DNA of 64,000 nt from a virus (taxonomy: Duplodnaviria > Caudoviricetes), in the IMG/VR virus record IMGVR_UViG_3300010885_059224, positions 9,835-73,834 of that record; one strand, 5' to 3'. The notes beneath the pieces are model-generated. The model was not told the origin of the DNA and ran no database searches. It was given only the letters and a program-made list of their open reading frames with translations. A program made the position numbers and the translations under genes. Positions 20,807-28,604 of this stretch are shown here, in pieces; the first letter of the stretch is position 1, and every line of letters starts with the position of its first letter.

Positions 20807-21964
20807 ATGGAAATAGTACAATGGCTTAACGAAAACGCCCTGAGGGCTTACCCATTAATAGAGGGTAAGACTGTAGAGCAAATACCTGATGGAGTCATAC
20901 TAGACTTATTACTTAATATTTCCGAAGGCACAGATCCCGCAACAGCTAAATTAACCGCACTAGTTGTTAATTCTACAGATATAACTGTTATTTTTACAGA
21001 TAACTTTTTTGATTATAATTATGCTGAGCATGGAGTCTCTGGCATTGATAATATTACATTTCCAATATACATAAGAAATGCTTCAGGCAGCCTAGTAGTA
21101 CTTGGAGAGGACTTGAAAAAAATAACAAGAGGCACTGTATTTAATGTAGATGTCCCTGTTGAACCCGCCACAGTATACCAATTTAGTGGTGCATGGAATG
21201 GTGTTACTAGCATATCGGGAAATCCCAATTACCTTAGCGGTGGGTTCCAAATAGCCAACATTATGAACTATTCAGGACAACCATCAGTAGGGTACAATAC
21301 CGTAAGTGTTGGCCTTGGTAATCCTGGGTGGGGTCCCCAAATACAAGCAAACCCACATAGTTATGAAATTGTATTTAATGGTGGATTAACCGCAGATATC
21401 GCTACAGCTTCAGGTAGTCCGTATCCAGGAGGCCGCTGGACTTTTACCGGTGAATGGCCAGCTAACTCAAATGGCGCCCCACTAACCATAAGATCAAAAA
21501 ATACAGATTCATTTGCACCATTTCTCCCGCTACAGTCGGTTGACGGTGTTGGCTTGACTGGAGATATCGAATTTGTTCCTGGTTATAACTACGCGATAAA
21601 TTTTAATAACAATGCGATAAATATGACAGTTGGCTACCGATTAGGCCTAAAAATGGATTGCACAACCAAATTTCTACAGGATAAATACCTGGATTGTGGG
21701 GATATCGTATCTTATATTAACGGAGTACCTCCGGATGACTCTGGAGTGTTTAAATTCACTGCAGGTAGCAATATTTATTTATTCGATGGTGATTCGGTAC
21801 AAGAGCCCATACAGGATACAAACCTAGCCCCACCGTTGAGTGTTTATACAGATATATCAGGGGACAAACAAACAGGATTAAATAATAACACTATATTTGT
21901 AGGGTTGACATTCCTAGAGTCTGATTTATGCTCTCCTATACAACTACTACCCACAAATAACTAA
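20807..21964 (+). CDS. tail-associated protein, paralog 5
   Basis: N-terminal 'WLNENALRAYP'; 'CGDIVSYINGVPPDDSGVF' motif. Confidence 0.55.
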   Translation: MEIVQWLNENALRAYPLIEGKTVEQIPDGVILDLLLNISEGTDPATAKLTALVVNSTDITVIFTDNFFDYNYAEHGVSGIDNITFPIYIRNASGSLVVLGEDLKKITRGTVFNVDVPVEPATVYQFSGAWNGVTSISGNPNYLSGGFQIANIMNYSGQPSVGYNTVSVGLGNPGWGPQIQANPHSYEIVFNGGLTADIATASGSPYPGGRWTFTGEWPANSNGAPLTIRSKNTDSFAPFLPLQSVDGVGLTGDIEFVPGYNYAINFNNNAINMTVGYRLGLKMDCTTKFLQDKYLDCGDIVSYINGVPPDDSGVFKFTAGSNIYLFDGDSVQEPIQDTNLAPPLSVYTDISGDKQTGLNNNTIFVGLTFLESDLCSPIQLLPTNN

Positions 21965-21968
21965 AAAT

Positions 21969-22286
21969 ATGAGCGAAGCAAAAAAAAGAATGGTGTTCAC
22001 TAGCGTAAACCAAATATTAACACTTATAAAAACCACACCCGCGCTACAACAAATGCCGAGATTCAGCGGGTTGAAAGATAACGAACTAAGTAAGACCCCT
22101 ACAAACAGCTGCAATTGTGCAAGAAACATAGTAACTCCAGATGTAAACAAGCAGATATTGGAGAGCACGTTATCCTCTCTAAATGATACTGACTTCTTTA
22201 CCATAAAGAACGCACTAGGGCTAGATGAACTGTGCTACTACAAGAGGAATAGTGCCACCAGTAAATTAGAGATGATTTGCATCTAG
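21969..22286 (+). CDS. hypothetical protein
   Basis: 105 aa, CNC motif; end of the structural operon. Confidence 0.6.
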   Translation: MSEAKKRMVFTSVNQILTLIKTTPALQQMPRFSGLKDNELSKTPTNSCNCARNIVTPDVNKQILESTLSSLNDTDFFTIKNALGLDELCYYKRNSATSKLEMICI

Positions 22287-22307
22287 TTTGCTGATATACT
22301 CGGTTAT

Positions 22308-22967
22308 ATGAGTAATCCATCCCAGCATCCAGTATACTACATAAATTCTGCCGACGGTACGAGCTTACCCGTACCATTAGACTCTATTGACGGCACTGTA
22401 GAGCCCAGACATAGCATAATCAGGGGCAGGAAGAACTCACCACTTAGAGAGTATACTTCTCCTATTGGGTTTATGGGGTTTCCTGGCGTACCATACGAGC
22501 AGGGAGTACCAAATCCCTCAACGTATTCTCAAGGAGAGGACGTTGTTTTAGACGCCATGCTTTACTATAAGGGAGAACCTGTTAGCGAAGAAAAGTATAA
22601 TATTACTGCCGTTGTTAAGTCTGACCCTCATGCCCTAAATGCTATCTGGACAGGTATTGTTGATAATGGCATATACAAGGGAGGTAAGTCTGGTATTTAT
22701 GAGATATGGATACCTAGCGCGAATACCTCCAAGATGTTTGCCGGTTCATACTACCTAGACATTGTTTTAAAGGAACCTGTGGGTACTGGGATGGGACCTA
22801 AAGATAGAACAATTTTCGTTGCTAGCTATATTTTCAACATAGTGTATAGCTCAGCCAGTCCTAATCCGGAGAGTGCGGATGTTGGCGATAATCAATTAAA
22901 TAGAAGCACCTTAAAGCCATCTTGGCCCCCAGTGGCGGACACCATCGGAACATCATCTGTACGTTGA
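22308..22967 (+). CDS. putative virion/baseplate-associated protein
   Basis: 'SQGEDVVL...IPSANTSKMFAGSYYLDIVL' fits an Ig-like (BppU-N-like) pattern; weak similarity only. Confidence 0.4.
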   Translation: MSNPSQHPVYYINSADGTSLPVPLDSIDGTVEPRHSIIRGRKNSPLREYTSPIGFMGFPGVPYEQGVPNPSTYSQGEDVVLDAMLYYKGEPVSEEKYNITAVVKSDPHALNAIWTGIVDNGIYKGGKSGIYEIWIPSANTSKMFAGSYYLDIVLKEPVGTGMGPKDRTIFVASYIFNIVYSSASPNPESADVGDNQLNRSTLKPSWPPVADTIGTSSVR

Positions 22968-23020
22968 AATTTAGGTAATATCTTCAACCTGTACCCCCCA
23001 GGCTAAATATACATTCTGGC

Positions 23021-23029
23021 TGGTATAAT
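23021..23029 (+). promoter_or_regulatory. extended -10 promoter (TGGTATAAT)
   Basis: TG-n-TATAAT located 7 nt before the ATG at 23037, implying a leaderless transcript. Confidence 0.5.
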
Positions 23030-23036
23030 TAATTAG

Positions 23037-23330
23037 ATGGCAAGTTATATCGCTGTCTATTTTTTAACTATGAAGATAGCCAAATATTTACGAAGGATAG
23101 ATTGGACGGCAGATAGTAGGTTATATAGCTTATCCACCAAGTTAGATGGACATAGCTATATAATCGTTACTGCAACAAAGTCAGATTTCTCAGAACCGGA
23201 AACTTTGATTTTCGGTGCAGATGAGAGAGGGAACCCAATAGATTTTGAGGAATTACCAGGAACAGGAGTCGGAAGCATTAATCATGACGCAGCAATAATA
23301 AAGGCGGGATATACTCCGTTTTACAACTAA
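23037..23330 (+). CDS. hypothetical phage protein
   Basis: 97 aa; 'YIIVTA...ETLIFGADERG...HDAAI..AGY'. Confidence 0.65.
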   Translation: MASYIAVYFLTMKIAKYLRRIDWTADSRLYSLSTKLDGHSYIIVTATKSDFSEPETLIFGADERGNPIDFEELPGTGVGSINHDAAIIKAGYTPFYN

Positions 23331-23344
23331 CCCACACAAAATAC

Positions 23345-23632
23345 ATGAGCCACGAAATAGTAGACAAGTTGATACAGGAAAACACAGATCTCAAAAATAA
23401 CTTAGAGGTACATGCTAACATGGCGGTACAGCTTACAGTAACAAGAAATGAGCTAATGACTCAACTTGAGAAGCTTAATGAAAAGATTAAGGTACTGGAG
23501 AGTCATCCCAAGATTGTAAAAATTAATAAGAATGATGATAGAACATTCGTAAGCATCGACGACTTGTTTGAGATCCGTAGATCAGATAAAGCAGAAATAA
23601 AGAGACTCAGCCAACTTTTAAATGGGTGTTAA
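23345..23632 (+). CDS. hypothetical coiled-coil protein
   Basis: 95 aa with a heptad pattern; AC-rich leader. Confidence 0.6.
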   Translation: MSHEIVDKLIQENTDLKNNLEVHANMAVQLTVTRNELMTQLEKLNEKIKVLESHPKIVKINKNDDRTFVSIDDLFEIRRSDKAEIKRLSQLLNGC

Positions 23633-23674
23633 CCCCCCCATTTATAATTATGGTTTTTTGCGGTATAATAAAAT

Positions 23675-24255
23675 GTAACCACGATTTGCTGGGCTCTATT
23701 AATTTAGGGTATAGCGGCAAATCAATTGGTTGACAACCCCACACACCCAACAACGTGCATCTTCTTCACAGAAGATAGCATGTTACATTTAGCTTTTTGG
23801 GGTGCACAGATCCTCATATTTTGAAACACTGCCTGAATAGGGCGCAGGGAGAACCTGCGACTACACATACCCGGTTATCTGTTTTCATAGGGACTATGTG
23901 GGTTGCAACACAGGCAGTGTTTCTAACTCGTCTATGCGAGTATAAATAGCCAACTAGGCATAGAGCGTCCCGGCTAAAATAGCTGGGGGATTGGGCGCAA
24001 GAATGGAACGTATCGTAATTAAGTTACGCTCCCCTAATAGGTCAATATGGTATAACCCATATTTGGTGACAACCTCATAGGTCTCTGCAAAGACAATGAA
24101 CAAATCACCCGCCTCGCTAATGACAATTGCAGAAGTCTTGGCAGGAACGCGCCCCGAATTTAAATAAGCTTGTGAGTAGAGCGCCCGGAGATCTGGCGAC
24201 ACGGTTAGTAGATTGATTTTTAACCACACGCTGGTGGTATTTAATCTGCTAAATG
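23675..24255 (+). ncRNA. candidate large structured ncRNA A (about 580 nt)
   Basis: Lies in a ~700-bp gap with no plausible + ORF; TATAAT at 23664; perfect 13-bp helix 23823-23835/23911-23923 closing a multibranch loop; many further hairpins with G-U pairs. Confidence 0.65.
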
Positions 24256-24330
24256 GTGATGATCACACAAACTTATTTTTAACTGTCCCCTCCCCTAAAC
24301 CAAAACACCAACCATAACCATAAAACAAAC

Positions 24331-25113
24331 ATGGCTAAAAACGTAGAAGTAATAGATTGGGCTTCACCTGCCCGTAAGGCAAAAAGAGACAATGATCTTT
24401 ATATCAATAGGGATCTCAAGAAGCTCATGACATATCGTGAGTATAGAAATCAACCAGTTAATGTTTTATCATTACCTGCAGAGAAGTGGCTGTGGGAGAG
24501 CCAGTTGATTCAGAACTTCCCTAATAATAAGATTAACTTTCTAGGCACAGAGTCAAATCCTGTAGTTTATAAGAAAGCGCTAGAAGTAGCTACCACGATT
24601 AATGGTAAAAACGTAAAAACAGAACTACTACCCAACAAATGGGAAGAAGTGGTGGTTAGAGATTTTAACTCTAGGATGTTTAATCCCACAGATGCTGGTT
24701 TTGACATCATTTACGGGGACTTCATGGGTACATTTAATAGAGGCATTATAGGCTATATAGAAGAACTATTGAGTGATACCGAAATGTTAAAACCTCTTGG
24801 TAATATTATTTTTACATTCATGCTTGCTCGTGGATGTAAATATACCAGAGAGGAAACAATAAAGATCGGGGAGAAATCCGCTTATAGACATCAGCTCTAT
24901 GTTGATGACGATAAGATGTGGCTACGGAACACCAAAAACAACACCTCAAATCTGGTACATACATATGCTCTGGGCATTATGGAAACAGTTGTGTTAATCG
25001 CCAAGAAGTTTGGTAAGGTATTAATACCCGCTAAACCTCACGTTTATTATAGCCCAGGAGCTAACGGAGCAGAACTTCCAGAAGGCAGCTTTTGCTTTAC
25101 TAGGCTTAAATAA
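24331..25113 (+). CDS. class I SAM-dependent methyltransferase-like protein
   Basis: Rossmann-like order: 'VNVLSLPA' (motif I-like, without GxG), 'FLGTE' (motif II), 'FDIIYGDFMG' (motif IV), 'LKPLGNIIFTF'. Confidence 0.55.
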   Translation: MAKNVEVIDWASPARKAKRDNDLYINRDLKKLMTYREYRNQPVNVLSLPAEKWLWESQLIQNFPNNKINFLGTESNPVVYKKALEVATTINGKNVKTELLPNKWEEVVVRDFNSRMFNPTDAGFDIIYGDFMGTFNRGIIGYIEELLSDTEMLKPLGNIIFTFMLARGCKYTREETIKIGEKSAYRHQLYVDDDKMWLRNTKNNTSNLVHTYALGIMETVVLIAKKFGKVLIPAKPHVYYSPGANGAELPEGSFCFTRLK

Positions 25114-25135
25114 TTTAATACACTTATAAAAATTT

Positions 25136-25569
25136 GGGGGCGTTACTGGCACTCGACTCCAGAAATAGATAACACACCTACATGCGGAGGATCTCAGTTG
25201 GCCTCCTTAATCATCTGGGAAAAAACTAAAAGCAGCCTCTAACGAGACGCTTGCTCCTAGCCTCGCCGAGGCAGACGCCATTCTTGCAAAGTTTGGCTAT
25301 GCTGACGCTGAGCTCCTCGCTGCCTAACCGCAGCGGAGAAATCCGCTAGTTGCAATAACGGTACAAGGACGCCCGATGCCATGTACTTCAAACGGGTACC
25401 TCGATTATATTGTGAGGGTATAATTCATATATGCACCAATTGCATTAAGTTGGGAATCTGAACTACGCATTTACACATTATTGTAGTTCTTATATTAAAT
25501 GTGAAAAGCATGTACACGGTTGTTTGAAATATCTGGAACACAGGGGTTCGAATCCCCTCGCCTCCACCA
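25136..25569 (+). ncRNA. ssrA: tmRNA
   Basis: 5' GGGGGCG...CTCGAC and 3' GGGGTTCGAATCCCC-T-CGCCTCC-ACCA; G3-U70 Ala identity pair; pk1 GGAGG/CCTCC; tag ORF 25232-25327 ending LAA-stop. Confidence 0.95.
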
Positions 25570-25574
25570 ATTTG

Positions 25575-26325
25575 AATGTCGAACCCCGCTCCCCTCTTGT
25601 CCAATACCATGGACTGAGGGGAGCAACATTTTATCCGAGAAATCCCATTGCGATAAGCTGGCAGCACATTAGAGCTGATCCAGTGTGTCAGAAGAACTCG
25701 TAGACCGAAGACGTTTTGGGCGAATAGGTCAATTAATTTTCCTCCTAGGGTGAGGTCGCTCCCCTTGCTCATAGCTTGACGAATACTGCACGACTACAGT
25801 TATCGTTAAAGCGAAAGAGACCGCAGTTCCCTGCACGTGTAATCCCTCTATTATATCAGGCATGAGTAATAAGAAACATGACTAGTCATCATGGGGGAGA
25901 GAAGCTAGCTGCGGGTGGAGGAACACTTTTTATCCCAGTAGTTGTATATAAAACCCACACTGAGAAGCACGTCAGCCGCCGTGTGTATACGTGGAAATCC
26001 TGAAGATAAACGATACATCCTCTCATAGGCATACAGGTGATGAATGTGAGAACAAAGGAAATCAACCATCTAGGAGCTACAACTACTGGGAAAATTTGGT
26101 AATGTATTTTATCGGTTAAATCATTAATGTTACAGCCGTCTGTGGCCGCGAGATATCATATCTTTCCCGCCCAAAAAAATAACAGATAGAATAATTCAAA
26201 GGGGTCCAAACCTGTAGATTTATTCTAGCACTATAAAGTAACAGCCATTAACCATTTTCTAAATCTGACACACTCAGGCTTGGGAGCACTGGTCCGGCAG
26301 TGACTAACACAATCCGGAAAATTTT
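25575..26325 (+). ncRNA. candidate large structured ncRNA B (or nested RNA array)
   Basis: Lies in a ~900-bp gap with no + ORF; long-range 11-bp helix 25682-25692/26264-26274 encloses three domains, one closed by a perfect 14-bp helix 25933-25946/26078-26091. Confidence 0.7.
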
Positions 26326-26362
26326 ATTTGCCACATAACCTATATAGGTCTATTGTGATTCT

Positions 26363-26443
26363 AGCTCAGGACAACCAAAAACCCTCTGGTATTAGGCGTA
26401 TGCTCCAATGGCACGTGGAGTATTTTAAGTCCTGTCCTGAGCT
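26363..26443 (+). ncRNA. candidate small structured RNA C (81 nt)
   Basis: Perfect 11-bp closing helix AGCTCAGGACA/TGTCCTGAGCT with internal hairpins. Confidence 0.5.
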
Positions 26444-26471
26444 CTAATTTTTAGCTATCAACATAAAGCAC

Positions 26472-26693
26472 ATGACACACAAAAAAACCACAGTAGAAAT
26501 TCCACAATGGTGGGAAGCAACAGCAGACAACTATAATGATTTCTGGAATATGCAAAGGGCGTACAGCCTGGCAGGATTAAACACAAGCTATAAAGAGATA
26601 GCCCAATACAACACTCCCCCATATTTGGCTATATTTTGGGTAGGTAAACGACCTGACCAGGTTATTGAAAAATATTCCGAGAAATCCGTTTGA
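26472..26693 (+). CDS. hypothetical protein
   Basis: 73 aa; AC-rich leader like other genes in this window. Confidence 0.55.
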   Translation: MTHKKTTVEIPQWWEATADNYNDFWNMQRAYSLAGLNTSYKEIAQYNTPPYLAIFWVGKRPDQVIEKYSEKSV

Positions 26694-26718
26694 CAGGGCT
26701 GCAATACTAGCTTAGGGT
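26690..26718 (+). promoter_or_regulatory. possible sigma-70 promoter
   Basis: TTGACA-N17-TAGGGT, 8 nt before the ATG at 26727. Confidence 0.35.
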
Positions 26719-26726
26719 CAAAAACC

Positions 26727-27029
26727 ATGAGTAAAACTACCACACAAAAAGAAAGCATCCTAGAGGAAGCCCTTCGTTTGACGTCTGGTGATCGTCGTAG
26801 AGACTATGACCACCCAGCACCAAATCACGAAAGAATATCCACACTATGGAATGCTTATCTATCAGTTAGAAAAGATCCAGAGGCGGAGATTTCTGCCTAC
26901 GACGCAGCAATGATGATGATGCTACTAAAGGTGGCCAGGGATGTATATACATCCAAGCGCGATAACTTCGTTGATGCTATCGGTTATATCCGTTGCGCAG
27001 CTATTATCGCAGGATACGAAGAACAATAA
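26727..27029 (+). CDS. DUF6378-like phage protein
   Basis: 'ILEEA...GDRRRDY...NHERI..LWNAYL...MM.LLKVAR...DNFVDAIGY'. Confidence 0.75.
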   Translation: MSKTTTQKESILEEALRLTSGDRRRDYDHPAPNHERISTLWNAYLSVRKDPEAEISAYDAAMMMMLLKVARDVYTSKRDNFVDAIGYIRCAAIIAGYEEQ

Positions 27030-27054
27030 TTAACCAACAATATAAATAAAAATT

Positions 27055-27195
27055 TGATCTGACGGTATGGAAAAGAACATACATTTGCTACGCGGTAAGT
27101 TGTCCGCAGCAACCCTGTGCTTCTGGAAATTCCGGGGGCGAGCTTGCAAGCCGAGGGAAACCAAAACAGTGATGGAGTAGTGACCATCCAGATCA
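27055..27195 (+). ncRNA. candidate structured RNA D (141 nt)
   Basis: Closing helix TGATCTG/CAGATCA with internal hairpins (GTATG/CATAC, GCGG/CCGC, GATGG/CCATC and others); GC-rich island between AT-rich spacers. Confidence 0.6.
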
Positions 27196-27216
27196 TTAAA
27201 ATTAACACATAAAATT

Positions 27217-27423
27217 ATGCACATTTGGCAAACCAAACAAATTACTAAATCCCTTCCAACATGGGACGTTAAAAAAATGATGGCCAACAGACCCAAGGGT
27301 TTGAAGGATGACGAATGGAAAGAAATGGTGTCTAACGCAAAGATGGAAAAACTTATTGTTTTAAACCAAGTCCCAAAACACCTACTCAAGAAAGATCCTA
27401 GGTTCACCCAGGATAAAGAATAA
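27217..27423 (+). CDS. hypothetical protein
   Basis: 68 aa; TAA-T-ATG junction to the next gene. Confidence 0.55.
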   Translation: MHIWQTKQITKSLPTWDVKKMMANRPKGLKDDEWKEMVSNAKMEKLIVLNQVPKHLLKKDPRFTQDKE

Positions 27424-27424
27424 T

Positions 27425-28057
27425 ATGGGATTATTTGATACCATTATAGTAGAAAAAGCCCTTCCCCTACCCAAGAAAGCCAAAGAAGCTTTCAAGGGTA
27501 AAGATTGGGGTAAAGTAGATTTCCAGACGAAAGATCTAGAGGAATGTATGCAAACATATTACCTCAAAAAGAATGGTGATCTTATATTAGAAAAAATTGA
27601 AGGAGACTATGAAGAATTATCAGAAGAAGAGCTTAAAGAAGCTAAACAGAAGTATAGTCCAGGGTATTATCCTGCAATTAAGTTCACAGAGACCGGCAGA
27701 TCTTTAGTTAAGCAGAAAATTACCCAGAGCGTTAATTTCTACACAGGCAGAGATGATAATGAAGGAAATCAATGGTGGCTAGAGTTCGTGGCCGTATTCG
27801 ACGGCGGTAAGTTAGCATCACTTAAAGCCCATAAAGTAGAGTTAACCAGAACAGCTGCCGAGGTTAAAAGAGCAAATGATGAATTCAGAGCTAGACTAGA
27901 AGCAGACCGAAATCATCCATGGAACAAAACCAGAATGGCGCTAAACAAGGCATCTTTTGGATACTGGGGAGCTACTTGGAGGTTCATAGCAAAAACCTCA
28001 AGAAAAGCAGGTCAAGGCCTAGACAAGCTAGGATTTTGGATCTTTAGAAATATGTAA
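27425..28057 (+). CDS. conserved hypothetical phage protein (MGLFD...QTKD type)
   Basis: 'MGLFDTI', 'FQTKDLE', 'WLEFVAVF..GKL'. Confidence 0.7.
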   Translation: MGLFDTIIVEKALPLPKKAKEAFKGKDWGKVDFQTKDLEECMQTYYLKKNGDLILEKIEGDYEELSEEELKEAKQKYSPGYYPAIKFTETGRSLVKQKITQSVNFYTGRDDNEGNQWWLEFVAVFDGGKLASLKAHKVELTRTAAEVKRANDEFRARLEADRNHPWNKTRMALNKASFGYWGATWRFIAKTSRKAGQGLDKLGFWIFRNM

Positions 28058-28063
28058 TATGAT

Positions 28064-28261
28064 TTTTGACGGCAGCATCATAAATACGGCCGGACCCTTC
28101 CTTCCTTTAGCACCCCTCACAAAGGGTATTGTTAAACAGGTAGACTGGCGTGGTCGGGTAGAAGAGCTCTCCTGTTTGGCACACTATAATAGTGCTGAGT
28201 AACTTCTTTAACCATGGTAACCCGGATGCTGAAAAGGTTCTGCAGAGCCGTACCGTCAAAA
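28064..28261 (+). ncRNA. candidate pseudoknotted RNA E (198 nt)
   Basis: Closing 9-bp helix 28064-72/28253-61; crossing helices 28073-79/28225-31 and 28085-90/28247-52; ends 4 nt before tRNA-Asn. Confidence 0.65.
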
Positions 28262-28265
28262 CTAC

Positions 28266-28340
28266 TCCTGATTAGCTCAATGGTAGAGCAGTGAGCTGTT
28301 AACTCGCATGTTGTTGGTTCGAGTCCAGCATCAGGAGCCA
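28266..28340 (+). tRNA. tRNA-Asn(GTT)
   Basis: Acceptor TCCTGAT/ATCAGGA, anticodon loop CTGTTAA, T-loop TTCGAGT, encoded CCA. Confidence 0.95.
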
Positions 28341-28428
28341 GATTTGAGATGTTTGGGTCGCTCCCAACTGAAGGGCAAACGCAGGATCAGGCCAACGAGA
28401 TACAAATAAACCCTGCACAATTTTAAAT

Positions 28429-28499
28429 TACCCTGTGGTGTAACGGTAACACTTTAGTTTTTGGCACTAACATTCATGGTTCAAATCCATGCGGGGTAG
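28429..28499 (+). tRNA. tRNA-Gln(TTG)
   Basis: Acceptor TACCCTG/CGGGGTA, stem TTAGT/ACTAA with loop TTTTGGC, T-loop TTCAAAT; CCA not encoded. Confidence 0.9.
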
Positions 28500-28516
28500 T
28501 ATATAATAATTTATCT

Positions 28517-28590
28517 GGAGTTGTAGCTCAATTGGTCAGAGCACCGCCCTGTCACGGCGGGGGTTGCGAGTTCGAGCCTCGTCAACTCCG
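28517..28590 (+). tRNA. tRNA-Asp(GTC)
   Basis: Acceptor GGAGTTG/CAACTCC, loop CTGTCAC, discriminator G; CCA not encoded. Confidence 0.95.
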
Positions 28591-28604
28591 GATTACATTT
28601 TAAT

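Noticed and set aside
12799-21964. Diversity-generating retroelement targeting the tail fibres
   Set aside because: No reverse transcriptase is present in the window and I saw no near-identical TR/VR nucleotide pair; the shared modules are similar only at protein level.
23954-24229. 91-aa minus-strand ORF
   Set aside because: No recognisable motif, opposite to the local gene direction, and it overlaps dense RNA-like helices. It is not fully excluded.
25425-25772. 115-aa minus-strand ORF
   Set aside because: It is antisense to the tmRNA 3' end; 'GGGEGIRTP' is the typical translation of a reversed T-arm/acceptor stem.
25788-25890. Group I intron core (GACTA at 25792 / TAGTC at 25883 as P7)
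   Set aside because: Only a 5-bp match; I found no convincing P3/P4/P6 or J8/7 consensus and no interrupted host gene. A covariance-model search would settle it.
26984-27407. Minus-strand ORFs 26984-27208 and 27030-27407
   Set aside because: They overlap better-supported + genes and the structured RNA and are likely shadow ORFs.
23675-28261. RNase P, SRP or 6S identity for the unknown RNAs
   Set aside because: I did not find the RNase P GAGGAAAGTCC motif, the SRP domain IV motif, or a rod-with-central-bubble 6S fold.
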